Assembly: GCA_028023455.1 (NCBI GenBank)
Contig: JAQFVV010000001.1
Coordinates: 35,154,001 to 35,218,000, forward strand
Source: Epiperipatus broadwayi
Lineage: Eukaryota; Animalia; Onychophora
DNA: 64,000 nt
Reading direction: 5' to 3'
Shown here one piece after another: positions 1-12,617 of this stretch. Below the pieces are notes generated by a model. It made no database searches and was not told where the DNA came from. It saw nothing but the letters and a program-made list of their open reading frames with translations. Both the position numbers and the translations under genes were made by a program. Positions within the stretch are counted from its first letter, which is position 1. Each line of letters starts with the position of its first letter.

Positions 1-1758
1 GTATAATTTTTAATTTTTTTTACATTCATGATTAACTTTACAAAGTTTTAATAATTCCTGACAAAGAATTGTACATTATACTAAGGGATTAACAATCTTG
101 TGAAATCTTGGCAAATTTTACACAGTGAATTTCAAGAACTAAGAATAGGTCTTTATGGAAGATAATACTTATGAATTTTAGATAGTCCATATAAACATAT
201 TGTTAATTAATTATTTTTTTGGAATCTGCAATGATTTCTAAGTTATTTTTTCAGTATTGGTTTAATAACTGATATATAATTTATCCTCCTATTTTGTAAT
301 AATCTGGTATAAGAAGCTCTCTTATTTTGTTGTCTTAATTACACAGTGTTCATTGCAATGGTATCATAGGAAATATATAAACTTTTTACTGATTGTTGCC
401 TCTGACAAATAAACTAAGAGGTTAGAGCATCACTTTAAATTCAGTATTTATAAATCTAAAAATGATTAATCTCTTCAATGTCATTAATACCTAAAGAAGA
501 AAATAAAATAAAATTATTTGAACTCTTTAACAACCCAACTAGATGATGAAAATATTTGTTTAACATATAACTATAAATTTTATATAATATTATCATTCTA
601 ATTATCAAAGATTTAGACTGATAAAAAGATAAAGAAAAGTGCTTCAAATATTTTTTTCTTAAAAGTAACAAAATTCATATGACCCACATGGTAAAGTTAT
701 AATTTCAGATGCGATTTGATGTAAAATAGTTTTTCCTTAAATGAAGTCAGATGTTTTTGTGCATTTATATGCCCAGAAATCTTGTTAACAAAGTTAAATA
801 TTTCTCATAAATACCACAATAAATTATTTCTTACTTCGTGGTACCCTAATTATTTATTTAACTCTGATTAATTCCTTTTTTCTTTCATATTAAAATACAA
901 GTATAATGTATATACTTAACCTAGATGTAACTGTAGGAAGTTTGAAAGTCTTGGTTTAAATCTCCTTTAATTATATTTCATTTAATAAAATTGTTTTAAT
1001 AGTTCCACTATTCTGTCCTCATATTTTTCAATTTCATTATAAAGACCTAAACAAAAAAAAAAATCATAGAAATCTACATATTCTATTCTGTTTACCTTTA
1101 AATTTCATCTCTCTCCACAAATATAACCTGATTTTCTTTTAATACTTTTTACTTATCATTTCTCCACAGCAATCAAAATCCTTATTTCATTTGCCTCCTT
1201 TCTGTTTATATAACAATAAATTTAATTCAGCGTCATTATATATCCTTCAATATTTTAAATAATTTTTATATTTATATATCTTCAAACAAATTTTTTTATG
1301 TATATTAATTTTCCACAACCCATTTCTTAACAAATACGTTGAGTGAATTGGCTATCTATTAATTATTTATATTGTAAAACCTTGCTTGTGTAAAACCTTT
1401 TTTGTCCAAGAAATTTGTGTCTTTTACATACAATCTAATTAAACATTATTTTTACTAATTTGTTTTGTTTCTATACTAAAACCTTCCAACATTTTTTATT
1501 TGCTTTTCATATTAAAAAGAAACCTATCCCATTTCTCTTGAATAATGTCAGTTGCTGTCCACAATTCACTACTTAATGCACAGCTACCTAATTTATGTTT
1601 TTTTGAAGGTCTGTGATGATGCCATTTTAGTATTAATTATTTGTTGAACTATTTCCATCATTAAGAACTGAATGTTTTCAGAAAAAAAACTTTATTTAAA
1701 CTTTCAGTTAGTATTTAACACAATAATTTAAATGGTATTGTTCTCCTCTCTTCTTCAG

Positions 1759-1838
1759 GCGTTTCTAGCCTTACCAGTGACAAGACTATCATGGAAATTA
1801 AACCCGAACTTTTAGATTCTTAAATATTTAATTTTAAG
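1759..1838 (+). other. Candidate host exon (possibly terminal coding or non-coding)
   Basis: Strong acceptor ttctcctctcttcttcag| at 1758 and donor aag|gtaatg at 1838. The phase-1 frame reads GVSSLTSDKTIMEIKPELLDS then TAA (1821-1823); all three frames contain stops. Confidence 0.25.
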
Positions 1839-2149
1839 GTAATGCTCTAATGAACTGAGCTATTGATGATGAAAATAGTGCAACAAATAATTAATATCTA
1901 TCTACTTCATTTTGTATTCTATTTAAAAAATTTTGAGTTCCCTGACTAATGAAAAATAAATCATTTTCAAATGTTAAAATGAGGACCAACACTTCTTTTT
2001 AAATAATTTTACATAACTCACCATACTCAACTTGTAACTAGTCAAGATTTTATGTGCTGCACAAACACATGCTCATTATCTAAGTGTTTTAAATCTTGAA
2101 ATGTGTATGAAGTATCAGATGATCAACAAGCTGACGTGGCTAGTACTTA

Positions 2150-2789
2150 AACCACTAAACATCACATGATCACTATCTCATACCAGCACATAATTGTTAT
2201 TAAACAATTCAAAATGAAGCAAAACTCTCCATATAGTAGTGCCATCTCAGCCTTCTGGCATCCATTGATTGCTCTTGCTAGCACAAGATGGCACTACTAT
2301 ATGAAGAGTTTTGCTTTGTTTTGAATTGTTTAATAACAATTATGTGCTAGTATGAGAGAGTGATCATGTGATGTTTAGTGGTTTAACACCAATCCTTCCT
2401 AATATGATAGTGGTGGCTATGGTTGTTAAAGAGCCAAAGACATCAAAATATATGGGTGCTGAATTGAGTCCAGACCCATATGACTATATAAGCTATTGAG
2501 CTTCGATTGAAAATATTAATTGGGTTTTCAATTTCATTCTCATAGTTTTGTAGTTAAATAGAGTTAAAAAGTGGCTGCTGGAGGGTTGCATTAGATCCTA
2601 AGATCTAAGTGCAGTGCTCTCAGATCCAAGGCTCCTCACTGATGAAGGCCACAAGCCAGAAACTAGTGTGGGGATACTGGATGAGTAGGCACAGATAGGG
2701 TTTTATGCACAAGCCTTCTGGCATCCATTGATTGCTCTTGTTAGCACAAGATGGCACTAGTATATGAAGAGTTTGGCTTTGTTTTGAAT
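2150..2789 (+). mobile_element. Non-autonomous Penelope-like/retrozyme element, family A (inverted 5' arm + ~463-bp monomer + partial repeat)
   Basis: Inverted arms 2147-2247/2286-2386; agccttctggcatccattgatt at 2249 and 2712; hammerhead-like core at 2639-2668; flanked by the near-identical 12-bp direct repeat gg(c/t)tagtactta (2138-2149, 2790-2801), consistent with a TSD. Same family at 55085-56125. Confidence 0.7.
2633..2674 (+). ncRNA. Minimal type I hammerhead ribozyme motif (family A), probably inactive
   Basis: TCCTCA-CTGATGA-A-GGC-CACAA-GCC-A-GAAA-CTAGT-G-TGGGGA. Stem III contains the palindrome ACTAGT; position 17 is G here but C in both sister copies. Confidence 0.6.
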
Positions 2790-4483
2790 GGTTAGTACTT
2801 ACCTGTTCCTTGCTTTGATTAAGAACTGCACTTCACAATGTGTTTGTTTTATTGCATAATCACAATGATGTGTGAAAGTTTTTTTTTTTATAATTTTGAG
2901 TGTCAATTAACAGTAAACTTGTGACTGTTTTCAAACATATTATTTTATGTCAAATTATAATTTAATTACTCACAATAGCAGGAGTATCTTTGAAATACAA
3001 ATAAAAAATATCCAATAAAAACAGTATTTTGAGACAATTAAAAAAAATATTTTGCTTTACAAAATAAATGTGGTTTGGAAACTGGTTTGATTTTTCATAA
3101 AAGGGTTATATTAAAAATATAACATTGTTCATCATTCTTTTCCTAATAGATATTTAAAAAGATGTGAAAATGACTAGTAATTGGAAAATATTGTTTTATG
3201 TACCTCAGTGCATGCAAGGGCTAAACAGAAGAAAGTTCTGGATCATTTTTTTCTTTTATGGCAAGAAATTATTTTAGTTTTACAATAAACAATAAAATTA
3301 ACAGAAATATGAAAATTATGGATGGTGATATCTTTTAGCCTTAAAAATCCTAGCATAGTGAAATGTAATGGGGAAAGTATAAGCAGCAAGTAAGATATAC
3401 TAAATATTCAAAATGCAAACATCATAAAAAAATTCTTTGGAACCATATATAGGATGTTCATTTTTATTAAACAGGATAATTTATTCAATTTCTACAGAGT
3501 ATTAAAGAATAAAAATGCTTAAATATCTTTGAAACTATATCAACAGTTGTACATTCTTTAAGAAGACATTACTTTAGACTTAGGTATAACTGTTATATTT
3601 ATGGAATCATATTTATATTCATAGGGGTATAAAACAGATTCATTTTTAGAAATGATAATACTTAGTCATGAGACAACTGTTGATGGATCAACATATTCAT
3701 TGCTAGGATAGGTTTAATCTATTAATTATTGCATAAAATGTTTTACCGATATAAACATTCCTGTTAGCCTAGATGATAAATCCATTTTTTGGGGGAAAAA
3801 AATTTCAACATATATATAGAAAAAAGGTGTCATCAAAATTAGATGGCAAAGCCATGACTAAATGTGTAATGATAATTTTTTGAGTTTGATAATGTGATAA
3901 CCACAAAAAAATGATTGGGTGTTATTTGGGATTAATAATTTCTTTCTCTTCCAGATATTTTTGTATTGAATGTTTTTGGTCATGGTAGCAATAGCATATT
4001 AATATTTAAATAAATTTGCTTTTTCTAGGTTTAGAACTGTCCATCCATTTTCCAATATAACACACTTTTTCATAGCTTTCATGGCCATATCATTACCTAA
4101 ATTTTTCACATCAATCTCTTACAATATATTTTGAATGCCCTATGATGTCAAAAACTAAAATAGTAATTAAACATCATGTCTATCTAAACATTCTTATTAT
4201 TTCATACTACATTTCAGGTCTGAATATTTTCAATATCTTGATAATTATTGTACTGTCTGTTAAAACTTAGTCAGTACTCTGCTCAGGGTATTGATGGGTT
4301 TCATAGATGGCTGATAGTAGAATGACTTTCAGATACAAATATTAACTGTCAATAACACATTAAGTGTTTGACTAAAAGTTTCTTTTGGTTGTTTGTAGGA
4401 TAGATTATTGGTTGATCAAACTAAGTACTATTTCTGATACAATCTATTTTTTATTCCCCTTTTCTTATTCTTTCTAATTTAAG

Positions 4484-4561
4484 TTAGTGTAGGACCCAGA
4501 CATCATGCACCTGTCATGCCATCAGTCCAGTCATATCCCTATACAACTGTTCAACAAGATG
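4484..4561 (+). CDS. Candidate internal host exon (78 nt, phase 1-1)
   Basis: Pyrimidine tract + taag| acceptor and G|gtgtgg donor; open frame xSVGPRHHAPVMPSVQSYPYTTVQQDG; GC-richer than flanks. Protein not recognised. Confidence 0.3.
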
Positions 4562-4949
4562 GTGTGTGGTACAACCACCTTTTAATCCTTTAAATGCATG
4601 CATGTAATTTCTGACTTCAATCCATTTTCTGTTTTATTTTTTTAACTCAAACCTTTGAGAATAAAAAAAGCAACAATAGGATCAGTCTTAGAAGATGGTA
4701 TTCCTTTAATTGTGATCTTTATTTGAGGAAATACCATTATTAATGAAATTTGGAACTGGATTTAAAACAGGAGTTCCAGTTGGCAAATGTTGCATGTTTA
4801 GGCATTTAAGGTTCTTTCTGCTTACCATAAAAATAAAAGGGATTTTAAAATGGTGGTCTAAAAAGGCTTTTTTTAGTCAGTCTGGCTAGGTTGCTATCCC
4901 TAGTGGATTGCTCATTACAACTATAAAAATAATAATATTAGTGGTAGTG

Positions 4950-6722
4950 ATAAAGCAGGAGATAGATCTAGTTTTCTACTTGATACAGACTTTTCAAGAC
5001 AGAATAGAAGACAGAACTGGTGGCTAAGGAGTTATCAAGATTCAAAACTGATATAGCTTCTCTGAGTAAAACTTCTTTCAGAGGAGGAAGTTTAATAGAA
5101 CAGGAGATGATTATAAGTTTTTTAGAAAGAGCAGATCAGTCAGTGAAAGAAAAAATACATGCTATTGGATTTGCCATAAAGATTCTATTGGTTAAATTCA
5201 ATATGTCAACAAAAGCTTAATTGGACTAAAACTTTTTTTTCACAATGGTACTAGTACTTATTTTATTTCTCCAACCTTAGATTTAAAAAATTCAGAGAAC
5301 AAAGTTTTTAATCCTTGTTAAATAACATTATTGCAGCAATACTATTAAAAATAAGTAAATTTTCTCATTGGAAACTTTAATGCCTGTGTTAATAAAGTAA
5401 ATTTTCTCATTGGAAACTTTAATGCCTGTGTTAATACAAACAGCAGATTTAAGCCAAGAGTTGTTGGAAATAATGGTATTGATGCTTTAAATTCAAATGG
5501 TCTGTAATCAAATTTTTGCATAACACATAGATTAACTATCACAATCATTTTAAGCTGAAAAACTGCTATAAAGGAACATAGATCCATTCATACTCAAACA
5601 ATGACATTTAATAGATTACTACATAGTTAGAAATCAATATACAATAGAAGTTCATATTACAAGATGGCTTACAAGTGCATATTATTAAGTGAATTATAGT
5701 TTTGTATGATCCAATATTAAAATGATAGATGCATTAAATCTTATTCCTATTATATTGATAAAAATATTTCAAGTAATTGCTATAAACATTATATTACTAA
5801 AGCATGGAATATTTCTTAAGGAATATGTACACATAACAAGTAAATCTATTCTTTGATACACTAAAAAAAGAATTATGATTGGTTTTATGACAGTGATTTT
5901 ATTAACAATTTGATTAAGAGAAAACATGGGATTTTCTGCTCGGCAGAATAATAGATTAAATGTGGAACTTCATAATAAATGTAAAGATCTGAAGGAAAAA
6001 GTTCAGTGACTGACAAGAAGACAAAAATTATTGGCAAATTAAAACTGCAGAAAAGATACAGACATTCACTGATATTGGCACCCTAGATATTCTTTTTTGA
6101 TTAAGCAATACATATAACTGGGGAATGGTATCAAAATCCTATTAAATCTAATAATGGTATTCTCTTATATGATGAGAGTGATATTTGAACTAGTGGAAGG
6201 AACATTTAAATTTTTTTTTCAGATAATGATACAAGACTGGAGATGATGACTTTTAATGATATATCCATTTTATCTATTTATTTAGTATGACCAAATATAT
6301 CTGAAGTGTAATCTAAAAAATAAAAACATTGCAAGTTCTGATGGAATACTTGGATAATGTTAAAATATTTTGGGAGATATATTAGCTTCAAAATATTGGA
6401 ATTTTTTAGGATCATATACCCATGAAGTTATGTCATCTGATCTTAAAAAAATACCTATTGATCCAATTTTTAAAAATAGAGAATAGACAAGATTTTACTG
6501 GTTTCCATGGAATATCATTATTATTCAATACCACGTGGAATATCATTATTATCCAATACCACAAAAGTATTTTCAAGAGTTTTGTTGAATAGGTTGCTTT
6601 CAGTCATAGATGAATGGTTTCTGAAACTGAAAGTAGTCTTCGAAAATCAGCATATTATAGATATGGTTTTGTTGCCAGGTAAATGCAAGAAAAGTTTTGG
6701 GAAGAAAAGTATTATTTATATT
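4950..6722 (+). mobile_element. Decayed RTE-clade LINE, 5' half (APE endonuclease to RT N-terminus)
   Basis: Translated motifs VAKELSRFKTDIASLSKT, VVGNNGIDALNSNG and RGISLLSNTTKVFSRVLLNRL match RTE/BovB-type ORF motifs; many stops and frameshifts; small internal tandem duplications near 5352-5436 and 6505-6560. Confidence 0.75.
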
Positions 6723-6723
6723 A

Positions 6724-8470
6724 TAACAGTAAATTTGCCATGGTAGACAGGTTTGAACTCAGAATCAAATATATATCCTGATATATTCAATAGGTGCTGT
6801 AAATTTTGATTCAATAAATATAAAAGTTGAATGGTAAATAAAATTTAAAAAAAGATCAATTCAACTATATAATAATGTTAACCAATTTGATGATGATGAT
6901 TTATAATTTAAAAGAACAAGTACTCCCAAAAGTATTTTATTTGTTTTTTTTTTTTCAATTTCAATAAAAATGAAATTCTAAAGCACAAAACCTTCTAAAA
7001 ACAAAGTTTACTTTAGGAAAACTGTTAAAAGAACAACCATCATCAATTACAAATTATTACTGCTATATCCACATGTCCTCCAGTGCATTACATGATTTCT
7101 TAAAGCTGTGGATATTAACTAGCATATGGGTGTTAAAAGCATAATTTTTGGATTAAACAAATACAAACTAAATGCATTAATAAAAAAAATAATATTGAAA
7201 AAAATAAAAGTGTTGCATAAATATCATAGTAATAAAATTTATTTTTTAATTGTTTAGGTTTAAGTTTAAGGCCTTATAGTATTTATAATGATGAGATCTT
7301 ACCACATTAAATATTGAAACAGTCCCAAAGAATGGTTTTCCTCATTAGTTTCTTTGATGATGGTAGTTCTTTTTCTTAAACACCGGTAATATTAAAGAGT
7401 AAATATAGCAGCTTTTGGGGATGTTATATAAGATGTATATCAGTCGATGTTGGGTAATTCTTATGGCATTGCCCATTTCTTCCTTCACAGCATTATAGAG
7501 GTATTGCACTTAATGGTTTTGCAAAGTTTAATGTCAGTTTCTAGATATGACTGCATTTTCTGGACATTTTGGCCAGGATGATTTTTTCTGTTGCCTAGCA
7601 ACATATTGTAGATAGTTTTATGATGATAAAATCACCATATTGACTACTAGGATTGGAGCATTAAAATACTTTTGAAATAGTCAGTAAAATATAGTTATTT
7701 AAGCTATGGTGGAAAATATTTTTATCAAGGGTTGTTCCTTTCTTTACCTTGGATCACTGCAACACAACTTCAAAAGTAAACTGGACTGAAATGCAAAGGA
7801 ATGTATAATCTAAGTGTCTAGTTGCTTATTTCATATCTATTTATACCTGTTTGATGCTGTTCAAACATGTTTTCAAGCAATGTATATGTCATTAACTAGG
7901 GAAAATCTGATCTTTGCTTCATTACAACATACTTTTTGAAGAACATTTTCTTTATTTTTTTTTTTTAAACAAATTGTGGAAACAAAATTTCAACTAATAT
8001 TATACTAAGTTAACATAGGGAAAAAGAAAATTTATTGCTGATCTTTAATTATAGCAAGATATGTTACTTATTAATTCCAAAATTTCAATATTAGACTCAA
8101 ATCTGCCATCAGATTTACAATAAATGTGAACAAGTTGTTTAATTAAAATGTCCATTTGAAAGGCAGATTAAATAGCAATTCAAAATTCTTTCATGTATCA
8201 AAAGCCTTTTTTTCTTTCTTTACAACAATTTATCATTATAATTTCATCCTTATTACAAAACAGTTTTATACAATTTTAATAATATTGCATAAATTAACTT
8301 TTCTTTCAATGTTTTAGATATTCTAAATATTCACTAATCAATTCTGATGATAAGTAAGTATTCATCATCAAAATTGAGTGATGAATATTTATTAAACAAT
8401 TTTTTTTCTTCATGTGACTGTAATATAACCACATTCAACCTGTTCTTAGATTTGTTATAGTTACAAATTC
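6724..8470 (-). mobile_element. Highly decayed DNA transposon remnant, probably hAT (Charlie-like), copy 1
   Basis: Aligns by eye with 10838-12617. Minus-strand fragments AFQMDILIK..SNIEILELI and PF..SYL.ESKF resemble the Charlie-type LAYLxDIF and PFxTxYLCE motifs. Confidence 0.45.
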
Positions 8471-9255
8471 TCTCTCTTTAAGATGAGTCAGGGTAACTGT
8501 TCATTTCTCATTTGTATGCTTACTACAAACTTTAACTTATTGTTTTTCTATTTATTCTTGGTATTTCCATTCTTTTCATAAATAATAAATTACAACCCAC
8601 ATATAACCATACTGTGTAGAAATTTGTTTGACATTTAATGATATAAAGAATGCTTAAAAAATTTAATTGTAGATCTATAAAAAATTCCACTATATGACAT
8701 TAAGATGTACTATAAAGCATGTATATAAGAAAGATTATCTCAGTTTGATATCTATGAAACTACCCATAGCACATCAAAATAAATTATAAGCCATTATCCA
8801 ATTTTGAGTTTTAGAGGATGATGGATATAAGACTTGAAAATAAAACTATTCTCCTTTCAGAATCTTAAAGGTTGATGAAGATCATTTAAAAATTAAGCCT
8901 TTTTCCCTTTTAAGTCTTAGAGGTTGCTAAGTTCAACAAAACTCATACCACACCTTGTTACCCTGAATCTTACAGGTGAGTGAGTAAATTACAGAAAAAA
9001 ATTTGGGGCAGTACCTGAGACAATATATGCTTTAAAATGTCACATGACAACATGGCATTTCATGTATCTAAAAAAACTTCAATAGAAAGTTTTCTTTTCA
9101 TTTTCCACAAAAAATTAATAAATAACTATCCTGATCATATGTTTTATAGTTATTTTCAACATCTAAATTATTAATTTGGTTTTTTTTTACGATATCAATA
9201 TTAATCACTCTTGCTTTCTAGAAACTGGTAAATTTTTTTTTTTTTGGTCATTTGT

Positions 9256-9327
9256 GCGGGGGGGGGGCCCCCACCCCCCCCCAGCCCCCCCCTCTGGGGG
9301 GTGGGGGGGCGGGGCGACCCCCCCGGC
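9256..9327. repeat. Low-complexity G/C homopolymer cluster
   Basis: Alternating G and C runs in otherwise AT-rich DNA. Confidence 0.85.
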
Positions 9328-10309
9328 TACCAACGCAAGAATGTCACATTAGAAATTGTCATATAATATTATTTAATTTCATTCTTTCTTATAACATTAT
9401 TGTTTTAACAGAGAATAAGCCATTAAATTTTACATCCAGATTTTTTTAGTGGTGAAAATATCATTTGGGATAATTCAAAAAATCTAATATTCTCTTTATT
9501 CTGGAGAGAATTTTTTATTCTCATCTACTTCATCTTTCTATTTTTTTATTACATGCATTGGCAATGGAACTTGATGATCTGTCAAGAATAATCCATTGAT
9601 TTAAACTCAGAATACTATTTAGAGCATTTTCTTCTTTTTGATCTTATACTGTTTAGCCATTTTCTTTTGTAGAGTTTATAATGTTAAACACTTATATTTT
9701 TAATTTATTTTATGTATTTTCCTTCAGCATCTTTCATTTTAATATTCTATCAGAATAATTCATCTTCTTGGTTTTAGGGGTGAAACCTCAAATTCTTTTA
9801 ACAATGAACTCTTGCACTTTATTTACAAAATTCTTAATTTTATTACTTGTTTTTATGACTGCCTTAACTAGGACTTTCTCTTCAATATCACAATTACAAA
9901 GTCTACTTTTTTTAAAGAATGTATTTTACGTTTTTTTTAACTATTTACAAATTCATCACTTTATTAATTTAATCAATTTCCACACTTGGTTCTAAATATA
10001 ATGTTTATATTATACTTATTTTATTTTCCAAAACACTTTCAACATCATCTGTTGTATTGTTGTTAACTTCTCTTGGCTCATCTAAAGATTTTACATAAAT
10101 TTGCACAATTTCAGGAGGAATGGGTTCATCTGCATTTTCTTCAGTTTTTCCTCTTCATGTGCTATATCAAAGATTTTTTCATTCTTTCCTAAGAGCATAC
10201 AACACTTCAAACATAACTGTGCCTGGTTTCTTTTCTAAAAGCTTTTGCTCCATCAAAATAGATTTTTTCTCCCTCAGCTCTGATTCCATTGGCTACACTG
10301 ACACTTGTG

Positions 10310-10310
<1 letters not shown>

Positions 10311-10384
<74 letters not shown>
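10311..10384. repeat. (TA)n microsatellite
   Basis: Direct reading. Confidence 0.97.
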
Positions 10385-10386
<2 letters not shown>

Positions 10387-10837
10387 GTTCTATGATTAAT
10401 TAGAGACACACCAGTCTCAACACTTCATATATAATCTTTTCCATAATTACATGTATACCTCTGCCTTAATATTTATTTTTGTATTATATATATATATATA
10501 TATATATACATACATAAAATATTAAATATTACTTTGCTTACTTAGACACATGCTGCTTTCATAAAATATTAGTACATATAATTTTTTTTTGAACTTTCTA
10601 ATGTTATTTCTCAATCCAAACATTTATTGCATTACACTTATTTATTATATACTACAATTTTTTAAATTTATTCATGCTTTAATATCCAGTACATTATGTG
10701 TTTATACAGAAGAAAATTTAAGCATAAAAAAGCGATATTCAAGCCACAAAGTTGGTTGCATAAATATGTATCTTTGCAACAGTGAAATTAAACAGAATAA
10801 AATAATATTAAATTCCTACCTTGGACATCAAATATGT

Positions 10838-12617
10838 AATGGTAAATTTGACACAGTAAATGGATTTAAATCCAGAACCAAATATATATCCCGATATATT
10901 CAATATGTACTATAAATTTTGATTCAAATAAATATGAAAGTTGAATGGTTACTAAAATTCAAATAAAAAAATGTGATTCAATTTAAATATATAATATTAA
11001 CCCATTTGACAATGATGTTTTATAATTTAAACATACAAGTTCTCCAAAAAGTATTTTTATTTGTTTTTCAGTTTCAATAAAAATGAAACTCATAGGTGTC
11101 AACGCTTCTAAAAATAAAGTTTCCTTTTGGAAAACTAAAAAAAAAACCAAACATTATCAATTACAAATTATCACTACCATCCCTGCATGTCCTCCAGTGG
11201 ATATTAATTAGCATACAGGTGTTAAAGGCATAATGTTGGGATTGAGTTAAAAATACAAACTACATGAATAAATAAAATATATTTTATTAACACTGAATAA
11301 AAAAATGTTGTATATATACTATACAAAAATATTAAATATCATAGTAATAAAACATATTTTTAATTTAAGTTTAGGTTTCAGTTTAAAGCTTTATAATATT
11401 TATAATAATTAGATCTTACCATGCTAAATATTGAAACAATCTCAAACTGTGGTTTTTGCAGGTTTTATTTTTTTAGCATTTGATAGTTGTCCTCATTAGT
11501 TTTTTGTACAATTGTAGTTCTTTTTATTGGGCACTAGTGATGTTAGAGTGTAATTCTTGTAGCACTGTCCATTTTTTCTCCCACACCATTCTAGATGCAT
11601 TGCACAGGCTAGCTTTGCAAACTTCAGCATCAGTTTCTGGATCTGACTGCATTTTCCTGGCATTTTGGTTAAGATGGATTTTTTTCTGAAGCCGAACCAC
11701 ACATTGTATGGTATAAAGTCATCATAGTGGTTGTTAGGACCAGAGAACTGAAAAATACTTTTAAAAATAGTCATTAAAATATGGCTAACCAAGTTACAGT
11801 AGAAAACATTTTTAACCAGTAGTTTCTTTCCTCAGCATCCTACTTCCAAGTAAACTAAACTGGAATTCAAAGCAATATGGAATCTGAATACCTAGTTGTT
11901 TGTTTCAGATCCATTTATATCTATTTAATACAGATTAAACAATGTTTCAAACAATGTATACTTCATCAGCTAGAAAAAAATCTGACCTTTGCTTCATTAT
12001 AAAAACAAATTTTTTTAAGAACATTTTCCTCATTCTCTTCCACACATGTTGTGGAAACTAATTTTCAACTAATATAACACTTTGATACATAAATAAATGA
12101 AAGAGAAAAAAAATAGTATTTTTTTGCTCTCTCTTTATCTACATTTTTAGATAATATAGGGAAAAAAAACATTTATTGCAACCTTTAATTATAACCTGAT
12201 ATTTTAATTATTGTTATTAATTCCAAAATTTTAATATTAGATTCAAATCTACCATCAGATTTACTATAAATATGTACAAGTTGCTTAATTAAAATATTCA
12301 TTTGAAAGGTGGAACAAATAAAGTTTGAAATGCTTTAAATTTTTCTAAACTATACAATTCAAAATTCTTTCACATACCAAAACCAATTTTTTCTTCCTTT
12401 ACAGTAACTTATTATTTTACTCTTATTATGAAACAAATTTATACAATATTTAATAATATGCATAAATTAATTTTTCTTTTAATTTTTTTTAGACATTCTA
12501 AATATTCAGTACTCAATTTTGATAACAAATATTTATTAAGCATTTTTTTCTCTTCACACAACTTTGTAATATAAACATGTTTGAGATGCTTTCAGATTTA
12601 TTATAGTTACAAAATTG
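10838..12617 (-). mobile_element. Highly decayed DNA transposon remnant, probably hAT (Charlie-like), copy 2
   Basis: Direct repeat of 6724-8470 (roughly 75-85% identity by eye) with the same motif fragments. Confidence 0.45.

Noticed and set aside
900-1600. Possible ancient RTE remnant on the minus strand
   Set aside because: Composition is suggestive, but no motif could be read with confidence.
9252-9449. Proline/glycine-rich ORF
   Set aside because: Derived from G/C homopolymer runs with a TTG start; no coding evidence.
10120-10395. ORFs with IY repeats (also 14229-14417)
   Set aside because: Read-through of (TA)n.
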